In this document: positions 1 through 12,089 of the stretch, piece by piece | How the letters are laid out: each line of letters begins with the position of its first letter | Position numbering within the stretch: the first letter of the stretch is position 1 | Source of the DNA: Lama guanicoe | Taxonomy: Eukaryota | Length of the DNA: 64,000 nucleotides | Assembly: GCA_013239625.1 (NCBI GenBank) | Contig: MU053520.1 | Location: 1,207,103 to 1,271,102, forward strand | Direction of reading: 5' to 3' | Program-made: the position numbers and the translations under genes | Notes under the pieces: model-generated | Seen by the model: only the letters and a program-made list of their open reading frames with translations | Told to the model about the DNA's origin: nothing | Database searches by the model: none

Positions 1-199
1 CAAATGCTTCTCTAACCTTTGGCCGTCCATCTTTACTCAGCTGACTTGAACTAGTCAGGAGGTTTAATACCTGCCTAGAAAAAGCATTTTGTGGAGGCTT
101 TTATTCATGTTGAAAAATAGAATTGGAATATCCAATCAATAAATATTCTTTTCATAGTCTCGGATACAATTGGTGAAGCAAACAAAAATTATTATCAGA

Positions 200-470
200 A
201 AGCTTTAGTCAGAATCTTGGTCGTTTGTTCTAGCTCTGTGAAGAATGTTGTGAGTATTCTGACAGGGGTTGCATTGGATCTGTGGATTGCTTTGGGTAGT
301 GAGGCCCTTTTGATAGTGTTGATCCTTCCAATCCAAGAGCACAAGAAATTTTTCCATTTCTTTGTGTCATTTTGGTTTTCAGAGTATAGGTAACCACCTT
401 GGTTAAGTTTATTTCTAGGCATTGTGTTGTTTCTGATGTAATGGAAATGTCTCTGTCGGTTATAAAATTC
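200..470 (-). mobile_element. LINE-1 ORF2 internal fragment (post-RT region)
   Basis: ORF 195..554(-) contains KKWKNFLCSWIGRINTIKRASLPKAIHRSNATP...FFTELEQ, matching the L1 ORF2p KWKxIPCSWIGRINIVKMxILPKAIYRFNAIP motif. Confidence 0.9.
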
Positions 471-502
471 TGATTTTTGAAGTGAAAAAAAAAGTGAATG
501 AA

Positions 503-685
503 GGGCTGCAAATGGCAAAATATCCTTCTTTGTTATGGGTGAGTTGTATTCCATTCCATATATGTATATACTGCATTTTCATTATCTATTCAACTATTGA
601 TGTGCACTTAGGATGCTTCCATATCTTGGCAATTATAAATAATATTACTCTTAATAGCAAGGTGTATGTATCTATTTGAATTAAT
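503..685 (-). mobile_element. LINE-1 ORF2 C-terminal fragment
   Basis: gctgcaaatggcaaaat...cacttaggatgcttccatatcttggcaattataaataat is antisense to the L1 ORF2 3' end and homologous to 3290-3450. Confidence 0.8.
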
Positions 686-759
686 TCTTATTTTGTGGTT
701 GGCTTTATTCCTTTGATAACTATGTTAGTTTAAAAAGCTAAAGCTCTAAACGTTCTTAG

Positions 760-1335
760 AAACAATGAACAGTATGTATATATACATTAAAAAAATATAT
801 GTGCAGTAAAACAAAAATGATCTATTAAGCCATGAAAGACATGGAAGAAACTTAAAAGACATATTACTAAATGAAAGAAACCAGTCTAAAAAGGCTACAA
901 ACTGTACGATTCCAACCAAATGACATTCTGGGAAAGGCACAGCTACAAAAGTAATAAAAAGATTGTGGTTTCCAGGGGTTTAGGGAGATGGAGGGAGGGA
1001 GAAATAAATAGATGGAGCACAAGGGATTTTTTTTAGGGCAATGAAATTACTCTGCATGATACTATAGTGGCTACATGTCATTATGCATTTGTCAAAACCC
1101 ATAGAATGTACAACATCAAGAGTGAACCCTGATGTAAACTATGGACTTTGGCTGATAATAATGTGCCCATGTTGGTTCATCAATTGTACCAAATATACCA
1201 CATTGATGAAGGATGTTGAGGGTAGGGGAGTATACATGTGTGGGTGGGGAGGGCTGTGTGCGAACTCTGTATTTTCTGCTCAATCCTGTTGTGAACCTGA
1301 AACTGCTCTAAAAGAATAAAGTCTATTTAAAAACA
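760..1335 (+). mobile_element. Old LINE-1 3' end (L1MB/L1MC-like)
   Basis: tttgtcaaaacccatagaatgtacaaca...gtgaaccctgatgtaaactatggactttgg...aactgctctaaaagaataaagtctatttaaaa; ends in AATAAA plus an A-rich tail. Confidence 0.85.
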
Positions 1336-1480
1336 AATCTTCTTTCCACACATATTATCCTCTGTTTTAGGGCAGCTCTGTTAACACCCTCAAATACGCT
1401 TTTCCCCTATCCTGTAAAATCACTAAGCCTAATTCACAGGAGATCTGAAGCTCACTCATGGTAATTTATGCCTGATAGAT

Positions 1481-2032
1481 TGTATTTCATGTCTATTGCT
1501 GTGTAACAAGTTACCACCAACTTCACAGCTAGAAACAATACAGATTTATTATCTCACAGTTTCTGGGCATCAGGCTTAACTAGATCACTCTAATTAGGGT
1601 CTCATAAGGCTGCACACAGTGTGTTTGGCCAAGCTGCATTCTTGCCTGGGGAAGCCTCTGCTTCTAAGTTGTTGGTAGAATGCATTTGCTTGTAGCTACA
1701 GGATTAAGAGCCTCAGGCTTTTGCTGGGTGTTGGTCAGAGGCTGTCCTAGGCTCCTAGGCCACCTACTGTTTCTTGTCAGGTAGCCTTCTCCAACATGGC
1801 TGTTTACTTCAGCAGGCCAGAGAAGGGAGTCTCCAGAGCTTTTCAGGTAGCAAGATGGAGTCTTGTGTAAGGTAACGTGGTCATGGCAGTGACACCCCTC
1901 CATCCTTGCCACACTCTGTGGGTCAGGAGAAAATCATAGATCCCACTCACAGTCAGTGGAAAGGAATTACACAAAGGCTTGAACACTAGGAGGTGAAGGT
2001 CACTGGAGATTAACTTCAATCTGTCCGCCATG
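1481..2032 (-). mobile_element. MaLR solo LTR (MLT1E/F-like)
   Basis: Starts tgtattt..ctattgctgtgtaacaagttaccacc...tttattatctcacagtttctg, the typical antisense MLT1 terminus; about 550 bp. Confidence 0.8.
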
Positions 2033-2269
2033 TAAAATTGATGTCTTTAAGAGATAACATTTCCAAGCATGTGTGCTTTTAAACATGAATCAAAGGATGA
2101 AAGTAAGAGTAACTGCTTAGGACAGTGGGGAGTGGGCAACAAGAACGTTTGAGGAACAGAGACTAGCAAAAGATCTGTCTGATTTCCCTGAAATTGAGAA
2201 CATTCTGCTGACAGCGTAAGCCTGTACAGTATGCCAGAAGTGATGTTTTACTGTTATAGCAAACTAACA

Positions 2270-2420
2270 AGCAATGGGATCTTGGGCAAACCGTATAACT
2301 TTTCTAGTTCTTAGTTTATTGATCTGTAAAATTAGTAGTAATTACTTTATTGGCAGGTTTGCTACTTAGATTAAATAACCTTAGAGATGAAAACAACTTG
2401 GTATATAGAGTTGCTCCTTG
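2270..2420 (+). mobile_element. MIR SINE fragment
   Basis: cttgggcaaac..taacttttct..cttagttt..atctgtaaaat core motif. Confidence 0.6.
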
Positions 2421-2848
2421 CTATCCATTTTTACTATGCCACTTCATCCTGCAAATCAAATCAAATTGTACACTAAATTTACTCTCAAGGTCTCAAGCAG
2501 CTGAGACAAAAGCAGGAAATGATGTGTCACTAACAATAATTTCAAAAATAAAAATTATCTGTTTATGTGAAAAGAAACCCTCGAAAATATCTTTTTTAAA
2601 TTTGTGAAATATTTCAATAAAATTTGCAAAAATGTTATTTTTGAAAAACTTCAGACATCACTGATAGAAACTTTTTTGACCACCACCCCTCAGTCCTAGT
2701 TTTGATCTGAGCAGTAACTACATTTATTGATTTTTTGGTATTTTATTCCAGAACTTTTCTATGCAGTTGTTACAATTTTATAGATAGTTTTGTCTCATAT
2801 GTTTCTTTTTATATATACAGATAATATTGTACTGTACATAATGTTGTT

Positions 2849-3685
2849 TTATATATATTTATAATTGAAGTATAGTTGATTTACAATGTTGTTTTAGTTT
2901 CTGGTGTACACCAAAGTGATTCAGTTACATAAATATATATATATATACACATGTATATGTAATTTTTTAGATTCTTTTCCATAATAGTTTATTATAAGAT
3001 ACTGAATATAGTTTCCTATGCTATACAGTAAGACCTTATTGTTTATCTATTTTACTTACAGTAGTGTGAATCTCCTAATCCCAAACTCCTAATTTATCCC
3101 TCCCTGGCCCTTTCCCTTTTGGTAACCATAAGTTTGTTTTTCACATCTGTGGGCCTGTTTCTGTTTTGTAAATAAGTTCATTTGTAACCTTTTTTTTTAA
3201 CAGTTCACATATAACTGATATCATATGATATTTGCCTTTCTCTGTATGGCTTACTTCACTTAGTATAATAATCTCTAGGTCCATCCATGTTGCTGCAAAT
3301 GGCATTATTTCATTCCTTTTTAGGGCTGAGTAATATTCCATTGTATATATATACATCCAGTCATCTGTTGGTGGACACTTAGGTTGCTTCCGTGTCTTGG
3401 CTATTGTATACAGTGCTGCTGTGAACATTGGGGTGCATGTATCTTTTCAAATTAAGAGTTTCCTCTGGATATATACCTAGGAAAGGGATTGCTCGATCAT
3501 ACAGTACATCCATTTGTAGTTTTTAAGGGAGCCTCTATACTGTTTTCCACAGTGGCTGCACCAATCTACATTCCCACCAACAGTGTAGGAGAATTTTCTT
3601 TTTCTCCACACCCTCTCCAGCCCTTATTATTTGTAGACTTTTTGATGGTGGCCATTCTGATCAGTGTGAGGCAATACCTCATTTT
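2849..3685 (-). mobile_element. 5'-truncated young LINE-1 (ORF2 C-terminus + 3'UTR) with TSD
   Basis: ORF 3141..3428 (MFTAALYTIAKTRKQPKCP...YTMEYYSALKRNEIMPFAATWMDLEIIILSEVS) is the L1 ORF2p C-terminus; TSD tacataatgtt(g/c)tt at 2835-2848 and 3686-3699. Confidence 0.95.
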
Positions 3686-3880
3686 TACATAATGTTCTTC
3701 AACTTGCTTTTACATTAAGCATATTTCCTACAGTCATATCTAGATTAGCACATGTAGAGTAATAAAATTTTTTGAACTGTTCCAAAATATTTTTATATCC
3801 AGTAAACAATGTTTGAATAAGCTTCCTTGAATATCTCAATATGCAGATGTAAGAATGTTTTTCTGAAGTAAAAGCAAAGA

Positions 3881-4398
3881 CAAGCACACTAATTTGAAAA
3901 GATACATGCACCCCAATGTCTATACCAGCATTATTTACAATAGCCAAGATATGGAAGCAACCTAAGTGTCCATCAACAGATAAATGGATAAAGAAGGTGT
4001 GAGATAGGAGTACTCAGCAGTAAAAAAAAAAAAATGAAATGTTGCCATTTGCAGCAACATAGATGGATTTGGAAGGCATTATGCTAAATGAAATAAATCA
4101 GATAGAGTAAGGCAAATACTGTATGATATCACTTATATGTGGAATCTAAAAAATACTACAAACAAGTGAATATAACAGAAAAGGAATAGACTCACATACA
4201 TAGAGAATAAACTGGGGGTTACCAGTGGGGAGAGGGGGAAGGGGCAACATAGGGGTGGGAGAGTAGGAGGTACAAACTGTTGGGTGTAAGACAGGCTCAA
4301 GGATGTATTATACAACACAGGGAATATAGCCAATATTTTGTAATAACTGTAAATGGAAAGTAACCTTTAAAAATGGTATAAAATATTTAAAATTTTTA
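3881..4398 (+). mobile_element. 5'-truncated LINE-1 3' end with TSD
   Basis: gatacatgcaccccaatg...agccaagatatggaagcaacctaagtgtccatcaacag; putative TSD aaaagcaaaga (3870-3880) / aaaagtgaaga (4399-4409). Confidence 0.92.
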
Positions 4399-5439
4399 AA
4401 AAGTGAAGAAAGAACGAAGAAAAGAGGTTGATGCAACATAAGCCAAAGACATTTTTATTTTTAATACCTACAGCCAAAATGACCATATCAATTTATACTC
4501 CCCACAGGGCGAAATATTTGCTGTAGTTAAGCAAAGTAATGTGGGCAATGTTCCTAGCACAGCCCTTGGCATATATTAAAATGCTCAAAAGATGTTAGAT
4601 CTTGCTCTTACGGTGAGCTGTTTTTCCGGTAGTTTAACTTGATGGGAGGGTAGAAATTGGAAAAGTGTCTAGGGCAGTTAGGTAAGACTCACTAAATGTA
4701 TGAGTGTGAATGTGGAACTCAAATGAGCACTGTGATGAGGGCAAATTATAGTCACAATTTTGCTTAAGGCCAACTCAGAGTGTACTTAGAACTCATGTAT
4801 ATTGAAATTACTCACATATCTTGGACAGGAATATAATCTCATTTGCACTCAAACTGGGAAAGTCAGTATTCAAGCCTCAAATGCCCCTCGTTAGAATGTC
4901 TCATGTGAACTAAAACTGTCATATATTTTACACATTTTACATTCTAACAGACCTAAAATTTCATTTGAATTAATAAAAAGGCCCCTTAAATTGAACATGA
5001 CTTAAAATATGACACACCAGCCCTAGCACATTGCCCAAGCATATTGAATTACCAAGATAAATCCTACGTGATAAGACTAAATGACAAATGACAGGATTTC
5101 TCTTTGAAAACATTCAAGATATTTGACTCCCTGAGTTAGATTAAGAGGAATTTAACTGGATTTCTATTGAGTAGAGCTGGTAAATACAGGAAAGGGGGCT
5201 GAAAAACAAGCTCTTAACTAATGTTTTTAGGAACTATGGAATCAATACTGTTAAACACTGCACGAGACTTTGATGTAAAATGTGTTCCTTGTGTTTTATA
5301 CTATTTTATTCATCTTGGCTTTGTCTTATTAATTAGTCTTTATTTAAATATATATATGCAAATGGAAAACAGTCAACCAAACCCAAAGGGATTATAGTGA
5401 AAATTTAATCTTACTGACCTCATTAAAATCCCCTTAAAC

Positions 5440-6340
5440 GTCCTCTCTAAAGGTAAATGGTACTGCAAATCTCTTCTGTATCCTTCCAGAAATATTCTGT
5501 GTATATATACAAGCATATAAGTTTTTGTAGACATATTTCTCTAAATATGGGAGAATTAGAGAAGCATTTTTATTTAATAATATATCTTAAATGTGATTTC
5601 ATGTTAGTACACTTTTACATTACTATACTATATTAACTCTATGAAGATAGCATTCTGTATTTAATTAACCCTACAATGGCAGACTTTAAGCTACTATAAG
5701 TCCAGTTACTATGCTGCCATGAACTTCTTTGTATATATACTTTTGCTGAAATGTGTCAGTATCTCTGAAAATCATTTACTTATTAAAATAGAGTTGTTTG
5801 GATCAAAGTGTATGTCTTTTTAATTCTGACAAATATTGTAAATTGCAAGAAAGCAGAGAATTTACCGGCCTGTACCTATTTCACTAAAGTTTCTCTTTCC
5901 CAAACTCTCCAAACAGTGATTTGCCAAGTGACTGTTTTATTTATCAATCTGATAGATGTAAAGTGGATTGTATTTAATTCATAGTGAGATTGATTTTATT
6001 TTCATTTGCCATTTTTTTTTGTGTGTGTACTACCAGTCTGTGTTCTTTGTCCAAGTTTCTATTGGGTTGATGTTCCTTTTCTCATTGATTATATGAATTT
6101 TTCATTATTAAACAAAGTAGTCTTTTCCTTTGGTTGCGAGTATTTTTTTCCCCCAGTGAAGTGTATTTGTTGCAAGCATTTCTTCTCTTCTTGGTCACTA
6201 GTCTTTTGAATTCTTTGCCCTATTTTTCTGCTGTCAAAAACGTATAAGTAGACAAGTATATCAGTATTTTTCCTTTCAACATTTGAGGTTTATTCTTGCT
6301 GAGAAAGGTCCTCCTCATTCCAGAAGTATGAAGTAATTTA
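5440..6340 (-). mobile_element. Ancient LINE-1 (L1ME-like) 3' fragment
   Basis: Highly diverged antisense L1 motifs, e.g. atgctgccatgaac..ctttgtatatatac, ggatcaaagtgtatg and ttgcaagcattttcttc. Confidence 0.55.
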
Positions 6341-6689
6341 CATCTTTCTGTGAAATTATCTAGTTCATGCAGGTTTTCAATTCACTTGCATATATTTAAA
6401 CAAAATAGCATCTTATCTATAACTAAATTCTCATTTCCTTTTCTCATTATATATTTGTGTTTTCTCCCTTTTTTGATTAAAATAAAAATATTTTATCAAT
6501 CGTATCTTTCCCAAATGAACCAGTTTACGAGTTTACTTACTAATTCATCCTTTTTTTTTTCTCTTTCACTATTAACAGGTTTTCTCTACTTCAATTTCTC
6601 TGAATATCTTTACTTCTTTTTCTTTTTTAACTTTATAACTTTAGAGTTTTCAATCTTGATTTTTTTTCTTTTTCCTTAATTTTTTTTTA

Positions 6690-7417
6690 ATTGTATTTGA
6701 TGTGGTCCCATTTGTTTATTTTTGATTTTGTTTCCCTTGCCTGCGGAGACAAATCCAAAAAAAATATTGCTTAGATCAATGTCAAAGATCTCACAGCCTA
6801 TATTTCTTTCTAGGAGTATTGGTGTTAGGTCTTATATTTAAGTCTTTAATCATTTTTTTGTTTAATTTTTGTATATGATAATAATAAAGTTGTCCATTTT
6901 AATTTTTTTGCATGTAGCTGTCCAGTTTCCCCCAATAGCATTTATTGAAGAGACTATCTTTTCCCCATTGTATGTCTTTGCCTCCTTTGTTGTAGATTAA
7001 TTGACCACATGAGTGTGAGTTTATTTCTGGGATCCCTAGTCTGTTCTAGCGATCTGTGTGTCTGTTTTTGTGCCAGTACTGTACTTTTTGATTATTGTAA
7101 CTTTGTAGTATAGTTTGAAGTCAGGGAGCATGATGCTTCCAGCTTTGTTCTTCTTTCTCAAGACTGCTTTGGCTATTTGGGTTCCTTTGTGGTTCCATAC
7201 AAATTTTAGGATTGTTTGTTCTTGTTCTGTGGAAAATTCCATGGTGTTTTGGTAGGGATTGGATTAAATCTGTAGATTGCTTTGTGTAGTACGAGAATTT
7301 TAACAATATTAATTCTTTCAATCCACGAGCACAGTATAGCTTTTAATTTATTTGTGTTGCCTTTAATATTTTTACATCAATGTCTTATAGTTCTCAGAGT
7401 ACAAGTATTTTACCTCT
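6690..7417 (-). mobile_element. LINE-1 ORF2 internal fragment
   Basis: ORF 7036..7242 ([45 protein letters not shown]) matches L1 ORF2p. Confidence 0.93.
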
Positions 7418-8616
7418 AGTATGTCTTAGTTTAAACTCTCTAGGCTTCCTAAACCTGGGTGTCTGTTTCATTCCCCAAATTATAGAAGTTTTCAGCCATT
7501 ATTTTTCCAGCCCTCTTTCTCTTTCTTCTCCTTCTGGGACCTCTGTAATGTGAGTCATCTTCTGCTCGATGTTGTGTGGGTCCCTAAAGTTATCTTTTGT
7601 TCTTTTAATTCGGTTTTCATTTTGCTGCTCTGTTTGGTTGAGTTTCACTGTTTCATTTTCCAGCTCATCGATTCACCCTTCTGCCTCACCCACACTGCTG
7701 CTGAACCCCTCTAGTGTATTTTTCAGTTCAGTTATAACTTCTCTGTGTTACTTCTTTTATTTTTCTATCACTTTGCTGAAGTTCTGTGTTCACCCATTCT
7801 TCTTCCAAGACTGATGAGCACTTTTATGTGTAACACTTTCATAATTAGTTTGAACTCTGTTTCAGGCAGGCTGTTTATCTAATCTGCTTCATTAAGAGCT
7901 TTTCCTGGGTACTTTCCCTGTTCTTCGGTTTGGAACCCGATTCCTCATCTCCTCATTTTGCTTCTCTCTCTGTGTCTGTCAATATGTATTAAGCTAAATG
8001 GCTACTTCCCTCAGCTTTGAAGGAGTGGTCTTGGTTAGGAGCCGTTCTGTGTAGCCCAGAAGTGCAGTCTCTCCTGGCCACCAGAGCCAGGCACTCTGTG
8101 AGCATCCCTTGTGTGGGCTGTGCGAGCTCACCAACTGCAACAGGGCCATGGCTGCTACCTGGGGAGGCCAGGGCTCAGGGTGTTTGCCCAGCCTGGTTGT
8201 GACTAGGCCACTTTGTGGAAAGGGCAGAGTTTTTCTGAGTCACTTGCTTGTCCCAGTTGTGGCTCAATCACTATGCCAGGTGGGGGGAGCTCAGGGCACT
8301 AGTCTGGGCTGATTGTGGTGTGGCTGCTGTGTGGGGAGGGCAGGGCTCAGGGCACTTGCCTAACCCAGTTGTGATCTAGCTGCTGTGCAGGACAGGTAGG
8401 GCTCAGGGGACTCACCTGCTCAATCTGGTTGCAGCTTGGCCACTGCTGAGGGAGGGTAGGTGTTCACTGAGCCCAGCTGCCGCTTGGCTGCTGCACCAGG
8501 AGAATGGGCCTTAGGATACTTGTCCCTTCTGTCCATTGGCCAGTGCACCGAGTGAGTGGGGCTCAGATTGTTTGCCTATTCAGATTGCGGCGTGGCTGCC
8601 CATTTTGGTGGGAGAC
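7418..8616 (-). mobile_element. LINE-1 5' portion (GC-rich 5'UTR + partial ORF1)
   Basis: Antisense ORF1 motif agaagttttcagccattattt...tctccttctgggacc; GC-rich repeat-containing 5'UTR at 8000-8616; minus-strand start ccaaaatggg resembles the L1 YY1-type start. Confidence 0.7.
8165..8600. repeat. Degenerate ~56-58 bp GC-rich tandem repeat
   Basis: gctcaggg recurs at 8173, 8289, 8345 and 8401 (spacing 116, 56, 56) with similar following sequence. Confidence 0.75.
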
Positions 8617-9682
8617 TTTAACTTTCTGTCTTTTTTCATAAATTCTAGTTGGTGAAGAGTCTAAAGAATTTTGTAGGAAGAAATATTTAACGATACATGT
8701 TACTGTGTCTGTTTTGCTTAATGCAAAAGCCTTCTATTACCAGAAATCTTCAGTTATGCCTGCCATGCACATCATGAGTGTGCACTTTGTGGAGGTTGGC
8801 AAGAGAAAGTTAACTGCATTCTACTCTAAAGTAAAAGCTCTAAGAAAAGGTGGATTCAGGACTTAAAGTCAGCATGAAGCCTGTCTAATGCTTAGTACCA
8901 GTTGAGGGGGCTATTAACACCATCCAGAAAGTGTTTCATTAAAAGGTCAAGAGTTAAAGAAACTCCAGGTGGCAAAAGGAGATATATTGAGATTCATCAG
9001 AAAACCCAGAGACAGAAGCTCATGAAGGAAGTTTTTCCTGGAAAAGCCAGCGCCTACCCTCGAATCAAATCAAAGCCAGCCAGGGTTGAAAAATGCAGTG
9101 AACCATGGGGCAGGTTTGGTGTAACTAATTAAAGACCACAGAAACAGCTGCAGGAGGCTCCTGTCAGAGCAGCTGCCCTCAGGTTACATTTCAAATAGTC
9201 TTCTCTATTTGAAAGCAGAAAAGACGCAGCATGGGCCTTGGTTCTAGAGAGAAAAAGAGGAGTTTCTCAAATAACTTTTCTTCTGTGCTCAGGAGATAAA
9301 TGTTATGTGGACCTATCAGGCTCTGTCTTCACTCAGCCCCTCTCTGCATGACCACACAAGCCAGAATCTCAAAATTAAAATCTGTATTCACTACCAGTAG
9401 AAGACAGCTTTTTCTCCTATTGAGGACATTCAATACTAATCAAAGTGGTCTTTTCATTATAAGTGTGTAAAGTTATACAATAATCACTAAACAGACTAAA
9501 CAATCAGAAGAATGGAACAAAACAGTTGTTGCACGAAGCAGAAGAGATGCTCAAACTAATTATAATTGGTATCCTCTGAAAGATTCAGAGGAATTTAAAC
9601 TTTATCAAAAATTAACTGATCATAATTTCAAAAGAAGTAAGAATTTCTAGCTTTTAAAATCAATGTAATGGCTAAGGTGTGT

Positions 9683-10192
9683 TTGGTAGACAACATTGAA
9701 GGTGGCCCCCCAGAGACCTCTACCTTCTGGTACATATGTCTTAATTCCGTATCTTTGTAATGGACTGGAGCTAGTGATTTTCTTCTAACACAAAATGTAG
9801 CGAGATTGGCAGAGAGCTCTTCAAAGATTGTTACAAAGAGGCTATGACTTCCATCTTTGGTCCTCCTGCTTGCTCGCTCAGATGGAAGTCAGCTGTTGTA
9901 TTTTGAGCTGATGTAAAGAGAAGCGCCTGTAGAAATGAACTACAAGAGTCTTCAGGGCAGCCGTTAGCAAGAAACTGAGTGCCTTTGTCCAAAAGCCCTG
10001 AAAACTAAATTTTGCCTGCAGTCACATGTCTGAACTTGAAAGTAGATATTTCCCCTTTCACATGGAGATTTTATACCTGGAAGAAATCTTGACTGCACTG
10101 TTGTGAGAAACCTTGAAACAGAGGAATACAATTTGCTTTCTTAAGCCACTAGGTTTTGGAGAAATTTTTTTAAAAAGCAATTGGTAAGTCAT
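9683..10192 (+). mobile_element. MaLR solo LTR (MLT1F-like)
   Basis: ggtagaca..ggtggcccccc..ccttctggta..ggagctagtga..ttctaac at the 5' end; ttaagccactaggttttggag..aagcaat at the 3' end. Confidence 0.75.
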
Positions 10193-10249
10193 AGAGGTGG
10201 ATGGGAGAAGGGGAGAAGCAGTTGGGAACTTGACTGAAGGTCAAATAGT

Positions 10250-12080
10250 AGAATGGCTCCTACTGAAAATCAAATTAATGAACCAATGGTAAAGATGAGA
10301 ATTTTCTCAAAACACAAGACAAAAAGAAAAGAAGTAAATTGTATATATTGTTTTTAAAATTAAAAGATGTGGGAAATATATGTAAGAGATGAATGGATAG
10401 GAAACAGTCAAAGAAACAAGGATACATAATTTTAAAATTCCCAGTCTGAAGGAAGTTTTGAGTCTTCACATAGAAAGTCAATTAATGCTCAAATTATTAT
10501 TGAAAAAGACACTTTGTGACATTGTGGTTAAATTGTTTCTACTCGAAAACAAATGGAAAATTCTGTAAGTTAACAGAGAGAAAAATAGTGAAAGAAAAAG
10601 AAAAATTTCCAGTATTCTAGAAAACATTCAAAGGTGGCTACAACATATTCATGGGAAATATTTTAAATTCATCCAAATTACATTCAAATATAAAAGCAAA
10701 AGAAATGCATTTTCCGAAGTTCAAGAAATCAGGACAGTGAAAATTAATTCCGTTTGCTTGATTAATTATTTTAAGTATACTCTCCAGCAACAAAACAAAA
10801 CAAACAAACAAAAAACCCTGAATCCAAGAAAAGAGAGAACAAAAGAGCATATTAATAGTAAAACACATAATTAACTCTAAACTTTACAGATAATTCAGTT
10901 ATGCAATTTATAAAATGGAAGCAACTTCAGTTTAAAATGGCAGACTGACCAAACATGTTTGACTTGCATGTCTCCCGAGAACTCACTAAAATTATAATAA
11001 ATAAATATAAAAGGCATCGTCAGTACACAAAGAAAAAAGAATGGAAACAGGAGAGATTTTAACAAATTTTACAAAGGCAAAATGCAAATAAAGGAGTAGG
11101 AACCCATTTACAATGACAGAGGAAGTCAGAGACTAGAGACCATACAGTGGAGGATATGCAGAGAAAAGAATTTACAGTAGTAGCCTTGCAAAATCCCATA
11201 GTTTAGAATTTAGAAATTCTATATAGAGGAAGGCTGAAAATGGTGACAGGCTGAAGTCATAGGGCCTCATTTAGAAGTCAGTATATGACATAGTCTTTCC
11301 TTCCCACTCCAGCCAGCTATTACCTTGGCTCCCTGTTTAAAAATCAGAGGTTTATTCTTTGGGGAAATTGATTTGCAAAGACCCAGGACTCTAAGAAAAC
11401 TTGAAAATTGGAGATTAATTGTAAGTATATATAACACACAATTAGATTTCAACTTCTCTGTCACATACAAAATGCCAGCAATTGAGCATTTACATCCCAG
11501 ATGCAGATCAATTATTGAGTTTTCCCCTTCCCATTTGAATAACCTTAAGAAAAAAATAACTTAGCATAATGGCATTTAGTGATTTGATTTTTTTTTTAAA
11601 GTGGACAATTTTGAGTCTCATCTGGTGAGCTGAGCCTCCCAGTAGAAAAAGCCCAGTCATGTGCCTTTGGCTTCCAATTAGCTTTTTTAATATGTGCTCT
11701 TACATACGAATTTTTCTTTAAGAAGAGTAATCAATCTATGAATCGATGGAACATTCCTTCATTACTAGAATTCTACAACAAATATCAAAATCTTTTGGAA
11801 CATTCTAGCCATATCACTGAAAAAGAAATAGGATTTATATTATTTAAAAGGGATTTCTCTCACCTTTGCATGTGATATGATTGTTTTTCTATAAATTTCC
11901 AAATATTCAGCAAAGTAGCTATTAAAAATATAGACAATGCAGTAAGGCAGTAGAGTTAAAAAGGATAAGCAAATTAAACTGATATATAGTTATATGTCAG
12001 AAATAATCAAGCAGAAAATAATTTTTAAAAAAATTTAGCTCCACCAATTGCTACATCAGCTATTAAAAATAATGTCAGTC
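10250..12080 (+). mobile_element. Ancient LINE-1 fragments (L1ME-like ORF1, 5' and ORF2 pieces)
   Basis: A-rich plus strand; aaaatggcagactga...ctcactaaaatta (10914-10993) resembles an L1ME 5' end. Confidence 0.45.
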
Positions 12081-12089
12081 TAAGAATAA

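Noticed and set aside
3141..3428. 95-aa ORF with a conserved-looking protein
   Set aside because: L1 ORF2p C-terminus in a 5'-truncated copy, not a host gene
6006..6679. Hydrophobic F/L-rich ORFs resembling membrane proteins (also 56383-56912 and 61360-62120)
   Set aside because: Artefact of translating T-rich antisense L1 sequence
8165..8600. Periodic repeat as a possible CRISPR-like array
   Set aside because: Degenerate contiguous tandem units without unique spacers, in mammalian L1 context, and no cas genes
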